Counted from the stretch's first letter, positions 24,101 through 35,570 are shown. The stretch: 64,000 nt of DNA from the human T2T-CHM13v2.0 reference genome, Homo sapiens (GCF_009914755.1 NC_060925.1), one strand, 5' to 3'. The notes: generated by a model not told the origin, from the letters alone. Program-made: numbers and translations.

Positions 24101-27100
24101 CTCTGTGTGGACTGTCCATGACCAGAGTGGCCATGTCCAGTGGCCTCTCCTGTCTGTCCATAAGTAGTTTCATGTCTCTCATGAACTGTGGATTCTGACT
24201 CTCCATGTTGAGATCCAGCTTGGCTGTGAGTTTGTTCTTGTGAGTGTGGTCTATGTGAGACCCCTGAGTGCACTTCACTGTCAGTGGCATCACTGTGGCT
24301 AAATCTCTGTCTTCCAGATGTTCTGGAACCTGTCTGTGTAGACTGTCCATGACCAGAATGGCCATGTCTAGTGGTATCTCCTCTCTGTCCATGAGTAGTT
24401 CCTTGTCTTCTGCGAACTGTGGATCCTGACTTTGGGTAGTGAGATCCAGCTTGTGTGTGAATGTGTTCTGAATGTCTGTGTGAGACCTTTGAGTGCACTT
24501 CACTGTCACTGTTCTCACTTTGGCTAGATCTTCGTCTTCTAGTTACCCTGGACCCTGTCTGTGTGGATTGTCCTTGACCAGACTGGCTATGTCTAGTGGT
24601 ATTTATTGTCTGACCATGAGTAGTTTCCTGTCTCCCATGAACTGTGGATCCTGACTCTACTTGTTGAGATTCACCCTGGCCCAAGCCAGTTGATTGACCT
24701 GAGCCTGAACCATATTGGCCAAATCCAGTGGACTGACCTGAGTCAGATATATGTTGTCCAGAACTAGAGAAATTGTCTGAGCCAGACACATGCTGTCCAA
24801 AACTTGTGGTTGGACCTGAGCCAGACTCATGTTGGCCACAGCCAGATGATTGACTGGAGCCAGTACCATGTTGGCCATAGCTAGACTGACCTGATCTGTA
24901 CTCATGCTGTGCAAAGCCAGAGGATTTACCTGTGCCTGACCCATGTTGTCCAAAGCCAGAAGACTGACCTGAGCCCGATCCATATTGGCCAAAGCCAGAG
25001 GACTGACCTGAGCCTGGCCTGTGTTGTCCAAATCCAGATGTCTGTCCTGAATTTGACCCATGTTGACCATAGCCAGATGATTGACTTGAGCCAGAACCAT
25101 GTTGGCCATAGCTAGACTGACGTGATCTAGACTCATATTGTCCAAAACCAGAGGATTGTCCTGAACCAGTCCCATGTTGTCCAAAGCCAGAGGACTGATC
25201 TGAGCCTGATCCATGTTGTCCAAAGCCTGAGTATTGGCCTGAGCTTGACCTGTGTTGTCCAAAGCCAGTTGTCTGTCCTGAACTAGACCCATGTTGACCA
25301 TAGCCAGATGACTGACTTGAGCCAGAACCATGTTGGCCATAATTAGACTGACTTGATCTAGACTCATGCTGTCCAAAGCCAGAGGATTTTCCTGAGCCTG
25401 ACTCATGTTGTCCAAAGCCAGAGGACTGACCTGAGCCTGATCCATGTTGGCCAAAGCCAGAGGATTGACCTGAGCCTGACCTGTGTTGTCCAAATCCAAA
25501 AGTCTGTCCTGAACTTGACCCATGTTGACCATAGCCAGATGACTGACTTGAGCCAGAACCATGTTGGCCATAGCTAGACTGATGTGATCTAGACTCATGT
25601 TGTCCAAAACCAGAGTATTGTCCTGAGCCAGTCCCATGTTGTCCAAAGCCACTGGACTGACCTGAGCCTGATCCATGTTGTCCAAAGCCAGAGTATTGAC
25701 CTGAGCTTGACCTGTGTTGTCCAAAGCCAGATGTCTGTCCCGAACTTGACCCATGTTGACCATAGCCAGATGATTGACTTGAGCCAGAACCATGTTGGCC
25801 ATAGCTGGACTGATGTGATCTAGACTCATGCTGTCCAAAGCCAGAGGATTGTCCTGAGCCAGACCCATGTTGTCCAAAGCCAGCGGACTGACCTGAGCCT
25901 GATCCATATTGGCCAAAGCCAGTGGATTGACTTGAGCCTGACCCATGTTGTCCAAAGCCAGATGTCTGTCTAGACCCATGTTGGCCATAGCCAGATGACT
26001 GACTTGAGCCAGAACTGTGTTGGCCATAGCTAGACTGACCTGATCTAGACTCATGTTGTCCAAAGCCAGAGGATTGTCCTGAGCCAGACCCATGTTGTCC
26101 AAAGCCAGAGGACTGACCTGAGCCTGATCCATGTTGGCCAAAGCTGGAAGACTGACCTGAGCTTAACTCGTGTTGTCCAAATCCAGATGTCTGTCCTGAA
26201 CTTGACCCATGTTGACCATAGCCAGATGATTGACTTGAGCCAAAACCATGTTGGCCATAGCTAGAATGACCTGATCTAGACTCATGTTGTCCAAAACCAG
26301 AGGATTGTCCTGAGCCAGAAACATGTTGTCCAAAGCCAGAGGACTGACCTGAGCCTGATCCATATTGGCCAAAGCCAGTGGATTGACTTGAGCCTGACCC
26401 ATGTTGTCCAAAGCCAGATGTCTGTCTAGACCCATGTTGGCCATAGCCAGATGACTGACTTGAGCCAGAACTGTGTTGGCCATAACTAGACTGACCTGAT
26501 CTAGACTCATGTTGTCCAAAGCCAGAGGATTGTCCTGAGCCAGACCCATGTTGTCCAAAGCCAGAGGACTGACCTGAGCCCGATCCATATTGGCCAAAGC
26601 CAGTGGATTGACCTGAGCCCAACCCATGTTGTCCAAAGCCAGATGTCTCTCTAGACCCATATTGGCCATAGCCAGATGATTGACTTGAGCCAGAACCATG
26701 TTGGCCATAGCTAGACTGACGTGATCTAGACTCATGTTGTCCAAAACCAGAGGATTGTCCTGAGACAGACCCATGCTGTCCAAAACCAGAGGATTGTCCT
26801 GAGACAGACCCATGCTGTCCAAAGCCAGAGGACTGACCTGAGCCTGACCCACATTGTCCAAAGCCAGAGGACTGACCTGAGCCAGACCCATGTTGTCCAA
26901 AGCCAGATGTCTTACCTGAGCTAGACCCATGCTGGTCATAGCCCAAGGATTGACTTGATGTAGACTCATGCTGGCCACAAGTTTGACCTGAGCCACATAC
27001 ATGTTGTTCGAACCCAGAGGACTGACTCAAGCCTGTTCCATGTTGTTCAAAGCTAGTAGACTGACTTGAACCAGACCCATATTGATCACATTTGGAAAAT

Positions 27101-28197
27101 TCATTTGAACTAGAAGAGTTTGAAAAGCGGCCACAGGAACCATATTCATGTTGACCATTACTACAAGACTGGCTACCTCCAGACCCATATTGTCCACAGC
27201 AAGAGGACTGACTTGAGCCTGTTCTCCATTGTCCTCCACAGTTCTGTGGTTGACCATTTTCTCTAGCTCCATATCCTCTCTGACTATAGGACTGACTACA
27301 GGGGTTAGACTCAGGTTGACCACATCCAGAGGGCTGACCTCCTGAGACACAGCCATGGCCTTGTCCTCCCTTAATTCCTGACTGACAGCCTGACTGAATA
27401 TAGCTAAATTGATTTCCTTGCCCTCCAAATCTATGTGACTGACAAGAACTTGAAGCATTTTGTGGCCTTCCACACCCACTTGAATTGCTATAACCACATG
27501 CATGACTTCGCCTCCCACTGTCTCCTGAACCTGAACAGCTAGACCCAAGCTTTTGTTCTCTAATTCTTGACTGAGTAGAGTTTGATTCATGCCCACTAGT
27601 CTCCAATCCACATGACAGACCACCATGACCTTTCCTTTCCCAACTGTTTGATCCAGATCCAGATTCATACTCCTCCCCAGATTCCCTAGAAGGGCTAATG
27701 TGTGACTTGTTTATTCTTTCTCTCAGTTCTACAGAGCTGGAACCATGTCTGTCTTTGCCACCACTCCATGAATGACCACAGCTGGACCTGTGGTATCTTT
27801 TCTGAGATCCCTCTTGGTTCCCAGAGCTGGATAAATTACCTTGTCTTCCTAGCCTCCTGGAGTTGGACCCATGTCTACATTTCACAGTTCCCCTTGAGTG
27901 CCCAGAACTATATCCATGCTCCTCTCCCTCACTCCAACTTGAATGTCTGTAACCTGATTTATGTCCTGGTGTATCCTCTTCATCCTCTTCTGTTTCACTT
28001 TCTTCTTCTTGGTGTCGGTGACCACGCCTATGCTTCTTTGACCCTGAAGCTTTGCAGTATTCTTTGCTGAGGACCTTGTTGCAGGCCATAGTCAGCTTGA
28101 ATATCATCAAAAGAAACTCAGTAAAGTCCAATCTTCTGTCATGATCTCGATCCAGCATATGCATGATGACATCCACTGTGTCTGGATCATCTGGGTT
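21160..28197 (-). CDS. FLG2: FLG2 coding part of exon 3 (2345 aa: second EF-hand, spacer, A and B repeats); total protein 2391 aa
   Basis: Acceptor cag|AACCCAGATGAT (NPDDPDTVDVIM...) is in frame with the 2338-aa ORF 21160..28176. EF-hand loop LDRDHDRRLDFTEF. Stop TGA at 21162-21160. 46+7+2338=2391 aa, the known FLG2 length. Confidence 0.98.
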   Translation of the reverse strand, partial: NPDDPDTVDVIMHMLDRDHDRRLDFTEFLLMIFKLTMACNKVLSKEYCKASGSKKHRRGHRHQEEESETEEDEEDTPGHKSGYRHSSWSEGEEHGYSSGHSRGTVKCRHGSNSRRLGRQGNLSSSGNQEGSQKRYHRSSCGHSWSGGKDRHGSSSVELRERINKSHISPSRESGEEYESGSGSNSWERKGHGGLSCGLETSGHESNSTQSRIREQKLGSSCSGSGDSGRRSHACGYSNSSGCGRPQNASSSCQSHRFGGQGNQFSYIQSGCQSGIKGGQGHGCVSGGQPSGCGQPESNPCSQSYSQRGYGARENGQPQNCGGQWRTGSSQSSCCGQYGSGGSQSCSNGQHEYGSCGRFSNSSSSNEFSKCDQYGSGSSQSTSFEQHGTGLSQSSGFEQHVCGSGQTCGQHESTSSQSLGYDQHGSSSGKTSGFGQHGSGSGQSSGFGQCGSGSGQSSGFGQHGSVSGQSSGFGQHGSVSGQSSGFGQHESRSRQSSYGQHGSGSSQSSGYGQYGSRETSGFGQHGLGSGQSTGFGQYGSGSGQSSGFGQHGSGSGQSSGFGQHESRSGQSSYGQHSSGSSQSSGYGQHGSRQTSGFGQHGSGSSQSTGFGQYGSGSGQSSGFGQHVSGSGQSSGFGQHESRSGHSSYGQHGFGSSQSSGYGQHGSSSGQTSGFGQHELSSGQSSSFGQHGSGSGQSSGFGQHGSGSGQSSGFGQHESRSGQSSYGQHSSGSSQSSGYGQHGSRQTSGFGQHGSGSSQSTGFGQYGSGSGQSAGFGQHGSGSGQSSGFGQHESRSHQSSYGQHGSGSSQSSGYGQHGSSSGQTSGFGQHRSSSGQYSGFGQHGSGSGQSSGFGQHGTGSGQYSGFGQHESRSHQSSYGQHGSGSSQSSGYGQHGSSSGQTFGFGQHRSGSGQSSGFGQHGSGSGQSSGFGQHESGSGKSSGFGQHESRSSQSNYGQHGSGSSQSSGYGQHGSSSGQTTGFGQHRSSSGQYSGFGQHGSGSDQSSGFGQHGTGSGQSSGFGQYESRSRQSSYGQHGSGSSQSSGYGQHGSNSGQTSGFGQHRPGSGQSSGFGQYGSGSGQSSGFGQHGSGTGKSSGFAQHEYRSGQSSYGQHGTGSSQSSGCGQHESGSGPTTSFGQHVSGSDNFSSSGQHISDSGQSTGFGQYGSGSGQSTGLGQGESQQVESGSTVHGRQETTHGQTINTTRHSQSGQGQSTQTGSRVTRRRRSSQSENSDSEVHSKVSHRHSEHIHTQAGSHYPKSGSTVRRRQGTTHGQRGDTTRHGHSGHGQSTQTGSRTSGRQRFSHSDATDSEVHSGVSHRPHSQEQTHSQAGSQHGESESTVHERHETTYGQTGEATGHGHSGHGQSTQRGSRTTGRRGSGHSESSDSEVHSGGSHRPQSQEQTHGQAGSQHGESGSTVHGRHGTTHGQTGDTTRHAHYHHGKSTQRGSSTTGRRGSGHSESSDSEVHSGGSHTHSGHTHGQSGSQHGESESIIHDRHRITHGQTGDTTRHSYSGHEQTTQTGSRTTGRQRTSHSESTDSEVHSGGSHRPHSREHTYGQAGSQHEEPEFTVHERHGTTHGQIGDTTGHSHSGHGQSTQRGSRTTGRQRSSHSESSDSEVHSGVSHTHTGHTHGQAGSQHGQSESIVPERHGTTHGQTGDTTRHAHYHHGLTTQTGSRTTGRRGSGHSEYSDSEGYSGVSHTHSGHTHGQARSQHGESESIVHERHGTIHGQTGDTTRHAHSGHGQSTQTGSRTTGRRSSGHSEYSDSEGHSGFSQRPHSRGHTHGQAGSQHGESESIVDERHGTTHGQTGDTSGHSQSGHGQSTQSGSSTTGRRRSGHSESSDSEVHSGGSHTHSGHTHSQARSQHGESESTVHKRHQTTHGQTGDTTEHGHPSHGQTIQTGSRTTGRRGSGHSEYSDSEGPSGVSHTHSGHTHGQAGSHYPESGSSVHERHGTTHGQTADTTRHGHSGHGQSTQRGSRTTGRRASGHSEYSDSEGHSGVSHTHSGHAHGQAGSQHGESGSSVHERHGTTHGQTGDTTRHAHSGHGQSTQRGSRTAGRRGSGHSESSDSEVHSGVSHTHSGHTYGQARSQHGESGSAIHGRQGTIHGQTGDTTRHGQSGHGQSTQTGSRTTGRQRSSHSESSDSEVHSEASPTHSGHTHSQAGSRHGQSGSSGHGRQGTTHGQTGDTTRHAHYGYGQSTQRGSRTTGRRGSGHSESSDSEVHSWGSHTHSGHIQGQAGSQQRQPGSTVHGRLETTHGQTGDTTRHGHSGYGQSTQTGSRSSRASHFQSHSSERQRHGSSQVWKHGSYGPAEYDYGHTGYGPSGGSRKSISNSHLSWSTDSTANKQLSRH
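21345..24655 (-). repeat. FLG2 B-type (filaggrin-like) coding tandem repeats, ~14 units of 75/77 aa (225/231 bp)
   Basis: Recurrent HGQTGDTTRH...GSRTTGRRGSGHSESSDSEVHSG units. Confidence 0.93.
24690..26940 (-). repeat. FLG2 A-type (hornerin-like) coding tandem repeats, ~75-77 aa units built from 12-13 aa subunits (SSGFGQHGSGSGQ)
   Basis: 36/39-bp periodicity (ccatgttgtccaaagccagaggactgacctgagcctga) visible in DNA and protein. Confidence 0.92.
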
Positions 28198-28575
28198 CTG
28201 TATATGAGTGACACACCAAGGGAGACCTGGTCAGCCTAACCTGCATACTCAACTAACACATTTAAATAGCGCTGTGAAATTATGGATGTTTGACATGATG
28301 TAGTTTTAGTCCAATAAAGGATTACTTTAGGTTAATAGAACCCAGTAAATGTTAAGGGTTAATAGAAAATAAAGACTACTGGGATCCTCAGAAGAAGACA
28401 TTTCAAGGATTTAGGCTAAAGGATTAAGTGCTTAGGTAAGGCCTACAGGAAGGAGTGGAATAAACTAAGTTCAGTAACTGGTATTTCTAAGTTTTACATA
28501 AATTGTAACTATTACATGTTAATATCTTCCATGTTGGAATTTATCATCTATTATTTTGAAGTTAATAACTGAGTC

Positions 28576-28869
<294 letters not shown>

Positions 28870-29296
28870 TGAGTCCTTTTTAAGTAGATGGAATAAAATG
28901 CTGGCATTTTATTTTTGATTCTTAATCATGGCTATTTTGTCAACTCCCTATGTAGATGATTTCCCTTTCTATACTTTTTTTTCCATTTGATAGGATAATT
29001 TATTAATTCGTGTCCTAGTATAATTTTATTTTCTGCTTTTTCTAAGGAAAAGCCTGGGTGTATGAGAAAGTCTGAGAGTCTATGAGGTAGGAGTGCATAG
29101 GTGGAAAAGTGAGGACGAAACATTCACTTTCTTTAAAATATCTGCTGCTTTAACAGACTTTCTGGCATCCCCAAAATACCACTCATAGAGTTTGCTTAGA
29201 GTTCACTGGGGCTGTGCACTTTTTAGCTGATCTGGGTCATACAACAGAGCTTGTACAGGACTCCAGCAGCCTTCAGTTCTGGCACATGGCTCTCAC

Positions 29297-29434
29297 CTTC
29301 AGAACTGGATGAAGCTCTTTCTCCAGAAGTTCCTTTAGTTCACCCTTGCTCAGTGTGCCACACTCCCCATCTTGCTTGGTGTATTTGTAGAAAACATCAA
29401 TTACGGTGACAACACTTCTCAAGAGGTCGGTCAT
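29297..29434 (-). CDS. FLG2: FLG2 coding part of exon 2 (46 aa, S100 pseudo-EF-hand): MTDLLRSVVTVIDVFYKYTKQDGECGTLSKGELKELLEKELHPVLK
   Basis: ATG at 29434-29432. Acceptor ccag|GTTCAC puts the exon start at 29456. Donor AAG|GTGAGA follows 29297. 138 nt, phase 0, S100 N-terminal signature. Confidence 0.97.
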
Positions 29435-30505
29435 CTTTTTGCAAGTTTAAGTGAACCTGGACACAGAAAAACAAAGAACCCTATTATTCATATTCTCTCC
29501 TTTTATCAGCAATTTTCATTTTAATAATAACCAGCATGATTTTTTTAACCTCTTGTTTTTTAAATCTCAAAACGTAAGAATGGGCCAGGGATGATACAAC
29601 CCCGTTTAACACAATGAAAATTAACTTTGTTAACTTTGAGTTACTTTTCTGTGATCAAGTCTTGGCATGTTACTGGTTCAACTGAGAATAGACCTCAAGT
29701 CTCTATATTTCCTGTCATGGGTAAGTATAGTCTCTACATAGTATCTCTACACTTTGAGTGTGTTGGCATTCTGGGTGTTGTTCTAAGGCTTCCAAAATTT
29801 CCAGAACCAGCCAGACACCATTGCCTCAATCTCTCTTTCTAGTTTCACTGCTTTTCTTGAGTCAAAAGTGACAGACCTTCCACCATGCACATCTGTTTAT
29901 CCTCTGGGCACCAGAAGCTAAACTGGACCCTTAAGGCCTTCAGCAAATTAAAAATGGGCAAAGGGGCTCAAAATAGCTTGGTGTTTCATAGGCATGAGAC
30001 AGTAGAACTCAGTAGAGCTTAGGAACTCTCTTAATGTCAAGCACTTGACCAAACACTGTTTTCTTTAATTAATCAAGAAGAAGAGCTCAGCAATGCAGGC
30101 AGCAGTTTAACTAGTGGATAATTAGATCTTGGAGCTCTGGGAACCAACACTGAATAAGGAAGGGACTCTGCAACAGACCCAGCTGCCTCCCAGTTTGAGC
30201 TGGACAGCCCAGAAAAGAGGGCATGGAAAAAGACTCGGAACAGACTGTGGAATGGCCTAGAGGAAGGTGAACTTTTACTTGCATTATTCTTCTCCATAAA
30301 AATGAACTTAACTACAAAAAGGCCCCAGAATAAACTAAACTAACCAAACAAATAAGCAAACAAAAAGAAAAGAAAATGAAAGAAAGAAACAAAAAAGAAA
30401 AGAAAGGCAAAATATACATGAACTCTGCCTTAGCTTATATCCCTAGACTTCTACTATGGACAACACCAAATATTCATAAATGTAGCTGGATGAATTTTCT
30501 CTCAC

Positions 30506-30556
30506 CTGGTTCACCAAAGGAACAAGTAGGATAAAGCCTGATGCAGCTTGCAGGGT
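30506..30556 (-). other. FLG2: FLG2 non-coding exon 1 (TSS approximate)
   Basis: Donor CAG|GTGAGA after 30506; TATATAA box ~25-30 nt upstream of the inferred start. Confidence 0.85.
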
Positions 30557-30580
30557 GACGATGGATTGGGATAATGACCC

Positions 30581-30620
30581 TTATATAGCTTATAGTGATT
30601 ATAGTGAATGAGGTGATTCA
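30581..30620 (-). promoter_or_regulatory. FLG2 core promoter: TATA box (TATATAA, 30587-30581) and AP-1-like TGAATCA (30620-30614)
   Basis: Motifs read directly on the minus strand just upstream of exon 1. A proximal AP-1 element is an established feature of the paralogous profilaggrin promoter. Confidence 0.75.
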
Positions 30621-31019
30621 TTTTCCATCAAACCTAACTCCACCTCTACATATTTACCTTCCTCCTTCACATTGTTATCTACAGATGATTGCAGAAAGGC
30701 TAGTACCAGCCCCACCTTCCAGTACGAGGACATGGTTGCAAGATACCTTTTTTTTCAGGGTCATATACATGTGAAAAGCACAGACTTTGTTTTAGAGGAC
30801 TCATGTTATACATTTCTTTTAACTAGTACCCACAGAAAGTAGCAGAGTGTAAGATACTTGGAAGGTGCACAATAAATGCTTATTTAATTGAAAATGAACC
30901 TGAGCCACTAGGTTCATCTAATTCATGTCTTTTTTGTAATAATAAAAAGTGACATTTATTGAGAATTTACTATGTGCTAAATACTTTAAACAAACCATCT
31001 CAATCTTTAAAAAATCTGC

Positions 31020-31240
31020 ACTTTTAGTTATGGGTACATAGTTGTATATAATTGTTGGGTACATGTGATGTTTTGATATGGGCATACCATGTGTAATGAT
31101 CAAATTACAGTAATTGGGGTATCCAGCACCTCAAGCATTTCTTTGTAGTAGGAACATTCTAATTCTACTATTTTAGTTATTTAAAAATATACAATAAATA
31201 GTTAACTATAGTTACCATATTATGTTACCAAATACTAGAT
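31020..31240 (-). mobile_element. L1MA 3' end fragment inserted within MIR-like sequence
   Basis: gggtacatgtgatgttttgatatgggcata...ctagatcttat. Confidence 0.7.
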
Positions 31241-31244
31241 CTTA

Positions 31245-32750
31245 TCACCTCATTTAATCTTCACAACCTTCATACGAGATATGTATTTATTATCCCATTT
31301 TATAGAGACAGGTTCTGGAAGCATAAGGATCTTCTCCAAGGTCATAGCTAGTAGGCAGAGAAACCAGAAGTTGAACCTGTATCTACCTTATTGCAATTGC
31401 TGTTTACCATTATACTAACTTACCTCTGTGTATTTATCATATATAACTATCATGCAAAAATTATGCACCATTTTAGGAGTGTAAGGCCCACTCAAACGCA
31501 AATAATATAAAAAAGTAACATACAGAGTGCTGTTAGGAAGAGAGGAAACATTCTCTGACCTTGTGAAGGCTCATTTCTAGGCTAGAAAAGTGTAATTGGC
31601 TATATATAAAAATAATGTTTTCAGATATGTTCAGGGTGAATTTAGAGTGAGCTTTCTTCCAGCACTCTGCGATCCACTGGTAGTCTGGCATGTTTAGGGC
31701 CTGGACCCTTGGGAAAATGTTCACTTATGTACAGAAAGTATATCAAATACACTTGAGGGTAACAAAAATAATCAGAGAGCTGTAAGTCTTAAGCATGGAG
31801 AGCCAATTCTGCTGTACTTTGCTACCAGGTGATAATGATGATGATGAGGAGGATAGCAGCTACCATTAAGTGCTAAGTGCTTACTATCTTCTATACATGG
31901 TAGGTTTACATGCTTATCTATTTATTCCTCAAAATAACCCCATTTTATAGATAAGGTAATAAAAGCATAGAGCAATGTAAACATTTGTTACAAATCGCAG
32001 CTAGTTAGTAGCAGCACTAGAACAGATACACATGCTAGCCGATGCTAAAGCCTAGCACTTAACCATATATATTCTACATATATGGAGTCAATAAACTCCT
32101 ATCTGGGCATTGCTTTGGGCCAGTCATCATATCTTATTCATTCCACCATCTAGGCAGCACCTAGAGCTTGGTAAACACTAAGAATGAGTGTCTGTTCATA
32201 AAATGTTAATGAATAGGCCCTTGAAATATGTCAATTGCTCACATAGCCAAGGAATCCTAGACCAAAACAACCACACAGAAAGTTATGGTTGCTGTTGGAT
32301 ACTATGGTCATTTTCAATCATATGCATCTTTTGGAAGTGCATTTTTGTTAAGATGGCTGCTGTGTCAGAAAGACTTTCAGGCCCCAGACTCCACACTGAG
32401 ACAGAATTTTAAAGCATTTTTGCACTGTCACTCCAGCATTATAGTTGAGAACTCTGAAACTCCTCCATAGTTCAGAACTCCATTATTCAGTCTTTTGTAT
32501 TCTTTGCATTTAGGTCTCTCTTCCTCTTCTACTTGCTTAGCATAATGGATAAAATTATAGTCAGAAAGACCTAAGTTCTAATCTCAATTTTGCCTCTTAC
32601 TGCATTTCTTGTACAATTATCTAATCTTCTCAGCCTCAGTCTCCCAAATTATAGAATGGGAACAATAACACTTACCTAACAGGTGGCAATTACTTAACAT
32701 ATGAAATTGCTTAGTACCTGCCTGGCATATAATACATTCTTAGTACACTA
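31245..32750. mobile_element. Cluster of MIR fragments (~31245-31400, ~31860-32070, ~32545-32750)
   Basis: MIR core motifs (tatcccattttatagaga, aggtcatagctagta, ctcagcctcagtctcccaaattatagaatggg). Confidence 0.6.
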
Positions 32751-32989
32751 TATAATTACTGCAAACTTATTTTGATAAATATTTCATACAATCTATCACA
32801 GCATTTTACACAAAGAAAGTACTTGATAATGTTTGATAAAAATGAGTTAGAAGCCACTTACTAGTGGCTTTTAAAGGTAGAAATACTACACCTCTGTCAA
32901 AAGCATTGCCTAGAAGGTAAGTCATGGTTCTGAAAATAAACCACCTTTTTTGGGATATAATTCACATATCATAAATTTCAACCTTTTAA

Positions 32990-33062
32990 TCTGTTTTGTG
33001 TTTGCCCCCAGAATACTGTGCTGGCAGTGAGCTGCACTTTTTTTCCCTAATTGGGAAATGGG
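32990..33062 (+). mobile_element. MER75A-like piggyBac MITE inserted in an L1M 3' fragment
   Basis: gtttgcccccagaatactgtgctggcagtgagctgcactttttttt...gggaaatggg, flanked by TTAA at 32986-32989 and 33063-33066. Confidence 0.8.
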
Positions 33063-33713
33063 TTAAAGTATACAGTTCGTTGTGTGTGTGTGTGTGTGTA
33101 CAGAGTATGTGCAATTGAGTTATTGTTCTTATGATGTCTATGTCCTTAAGTGAGTTTCCTCACTTCTTAATGCCTTAGTTTACCCTCTGTAATAATCATA
33201 GGTGTTATTAGTATCAGGGTCCAAGTGGACAGATAGCAGGTCGTTTCAGCTGCGATTTTGGAGAACAATTATTGTCCCCATTTCACAGACACCTATGCAC
33301 ACTTTGGAAAGAAATCCAAGTGCTGGTTTTAAGAATTGAGTTGATACCTGCAGAAACTTTTGCCCTCCTGGGTTCTGAAAGATTATTTAGCTCAACAAAG
33401 CAGAGGCCTGAAGTCCAGAGGTAGGGCACAGTCAGTTACACCATTTCTCTGTGTCTGGGCCTCCTTCCTGCCTTGTTCTACTCATCTCATCACCTTCTGC
33501 TCATTCCATGTCTACATTGCTCAGGCTCTAGGCACTACCAGACTCTTTGATTTTAGGCCCATTTGGTGAAGCTTATGCACCGTTGGCCACTGGATTCTTG
33601 AAGAGGAAGCTATACCTTAGAATGTTAAAAGTAACTTTAATTGGACCTGTGAAAGTTCCAGATTTTGGCTTTTCCACTGCATGCCAGATAAGTTTTGTTT
33701 CTACATCTCATCC

Positions 33714-33926
33714 TTTTTTTAATTTTAATTTTATTTTTTTAATTTTTTATTTATTTATTTATTTATTTTGAGGCAGCATATCACTTTGTCACCCAGGCTG
33801 GAGTGCAGTGGTATGATCATGACTCAACACAGCCTCGATTTCCCAGGCTCAAGTGATCCTTCTGCCTCAGCCTCCCAAGTAGGTAGGACTATAGATACGT
33901 GCCACCATGCGTGCTAATTTTTTTTC
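33714..33926 (-). mobile_element. Alu right-arm monomer (AluJ/FRAM) with (TTTA)n tail
   Basis: ttgtcacccaggctggagtgcagtgg...gctaattttttt. Confidence 0.85.
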
Positions 33927-34536
33927 ATCCTATTTAAGGTGGTGGAGGTTCTCCAAGTTAAAATAGTCTGTTTTACTTCTTGTCATGTTCAAATTAAGAA
34001 CTTGCCTTAGGGCCCAAGTGGGTCTTTGTCTATCATAAGAACCAAACATTTTCTCTATGTTGTAACTATTTGGAACTCCTATTTGGGGGGTTTTCAATGA
34101 ACTCAACTTACAGCTGATACCTGAGAACTGATTCAGGGACACTGATGTGTATTAAATGTCTGTTTTCTGTAAGAGCAGTTTAGGGAGATGTTCTTGGCTT
34201 GTAGTATGATGTGGTAGAAGAAACATTGACTTTGCAGTAAGACAGATAGATTAATTTGTATTATAGCTCCAACATACACTACCTGTAATATCTTGGGAAC
34301 ATTTCTAAGTCTGTCTCTGTTTTCACACCTGTGAAATAGGGACAATTACAGACATCTTAGAATTTGGTAACATTAGGATAATGCTTAGCACATAATAAGA
34401 CTTCAATATATTTTCCTGTCTTTTCTTCATACTGTCAAGTTTAATCTGACTTAGAAAATTATCAATAAGTTTTGGGAATGATGGTTCATGGAGATGATTC
34501 TTAACTCCATTCCCTCCTTGTGGTCTCTCTTCTTAG

Positions 34537-35570
34537 GTGAAATTGAAGGCCAGCTTTTGGAACTCAACCTTCAAAGGAACTTAAAATTTCCATTATGTAG
34601 AGTCCCTGAGGAAACTGGATCCACTAGCTACACTGGCTGAGAATGCTCTCACCCCAGGATTTCATTTTTATTTTACCACATCATTGTTGGTATCTTAAGA
34701 TCAATGTACTGGAGCAGCGGGGTCTCACAAAGAGGATACCTGGTGACACGCCCAGGCTTTCAGAATGCACTATAGGGCTTTAGTGACTTGTCCAGGTTCA
34801 GCTGAAATGTGCCATCTGGGACCTACTAATGCTTGTTGAACTTTACTGGATCTCAGAAGCTGGGTCTCAGAAGCTCAGATGTTCCTCAGAGCTACGATAT
34901 CAACAACCTGTGATGACAGAGAGAAGGTTGCTCCATGATGGATTTGGAAACTTACTGGCTAGCTAAACCTGACTGAATGGGAAGGAATGTGGATAGCTTT
35001 GGAACTCTAGTTTCACTAGATGAGCTGGAATTTGTATTTTGACAAATTGCACGTTATGATTATTAAGTAATGCAACTGATTTTTTTTTCCCTTAAAACAA
35101 ACAATCTAGAATCTGTGTAATCAAAATAATTTCTCTAAAAGGCTGCAAGTATATGCTTAAAGTGTTGGGGCATTCAGAGCATTTGGAACATTACATTCTT
35201 TTGAATGTCAATTGGTAGATGAAAATACCAGCTTTTAAGTCATACATTTGATTTTTTGAAACAATATGCATTTAGAGTTTGTAAGTCAAGTGAATAACTG
35301 ATAAGGTAAAAAAAAGGGGGAGTTCATTGTTGAGTATGAATTTAAAGTAACCAGACTGCCTTTTGTCCAGTGGCTGTCAGTAATTTACTTCAGCAGGCAT
35401 TTTTTTTTTTTTGAGGCTGTTCTATGATATCATGACCCTTCTTGTAGGAATGTGCTTCCAGTGGTGAGGCAGTCTGAGAATGTGTGAAGCAGTATAATGA
35501 AGCCAGACCAAGATGGAAGCTTGGCCTGGGATTTGAGCATCAGGAAAACTGTTGAAGGGTTATGTATACA

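Noticed and set aside
24690-26940. CRISPR-like 36-39 bp periodicity
   Set aside because: Coding tandem repeat in a human gene; no unique spacers and no cas genes.
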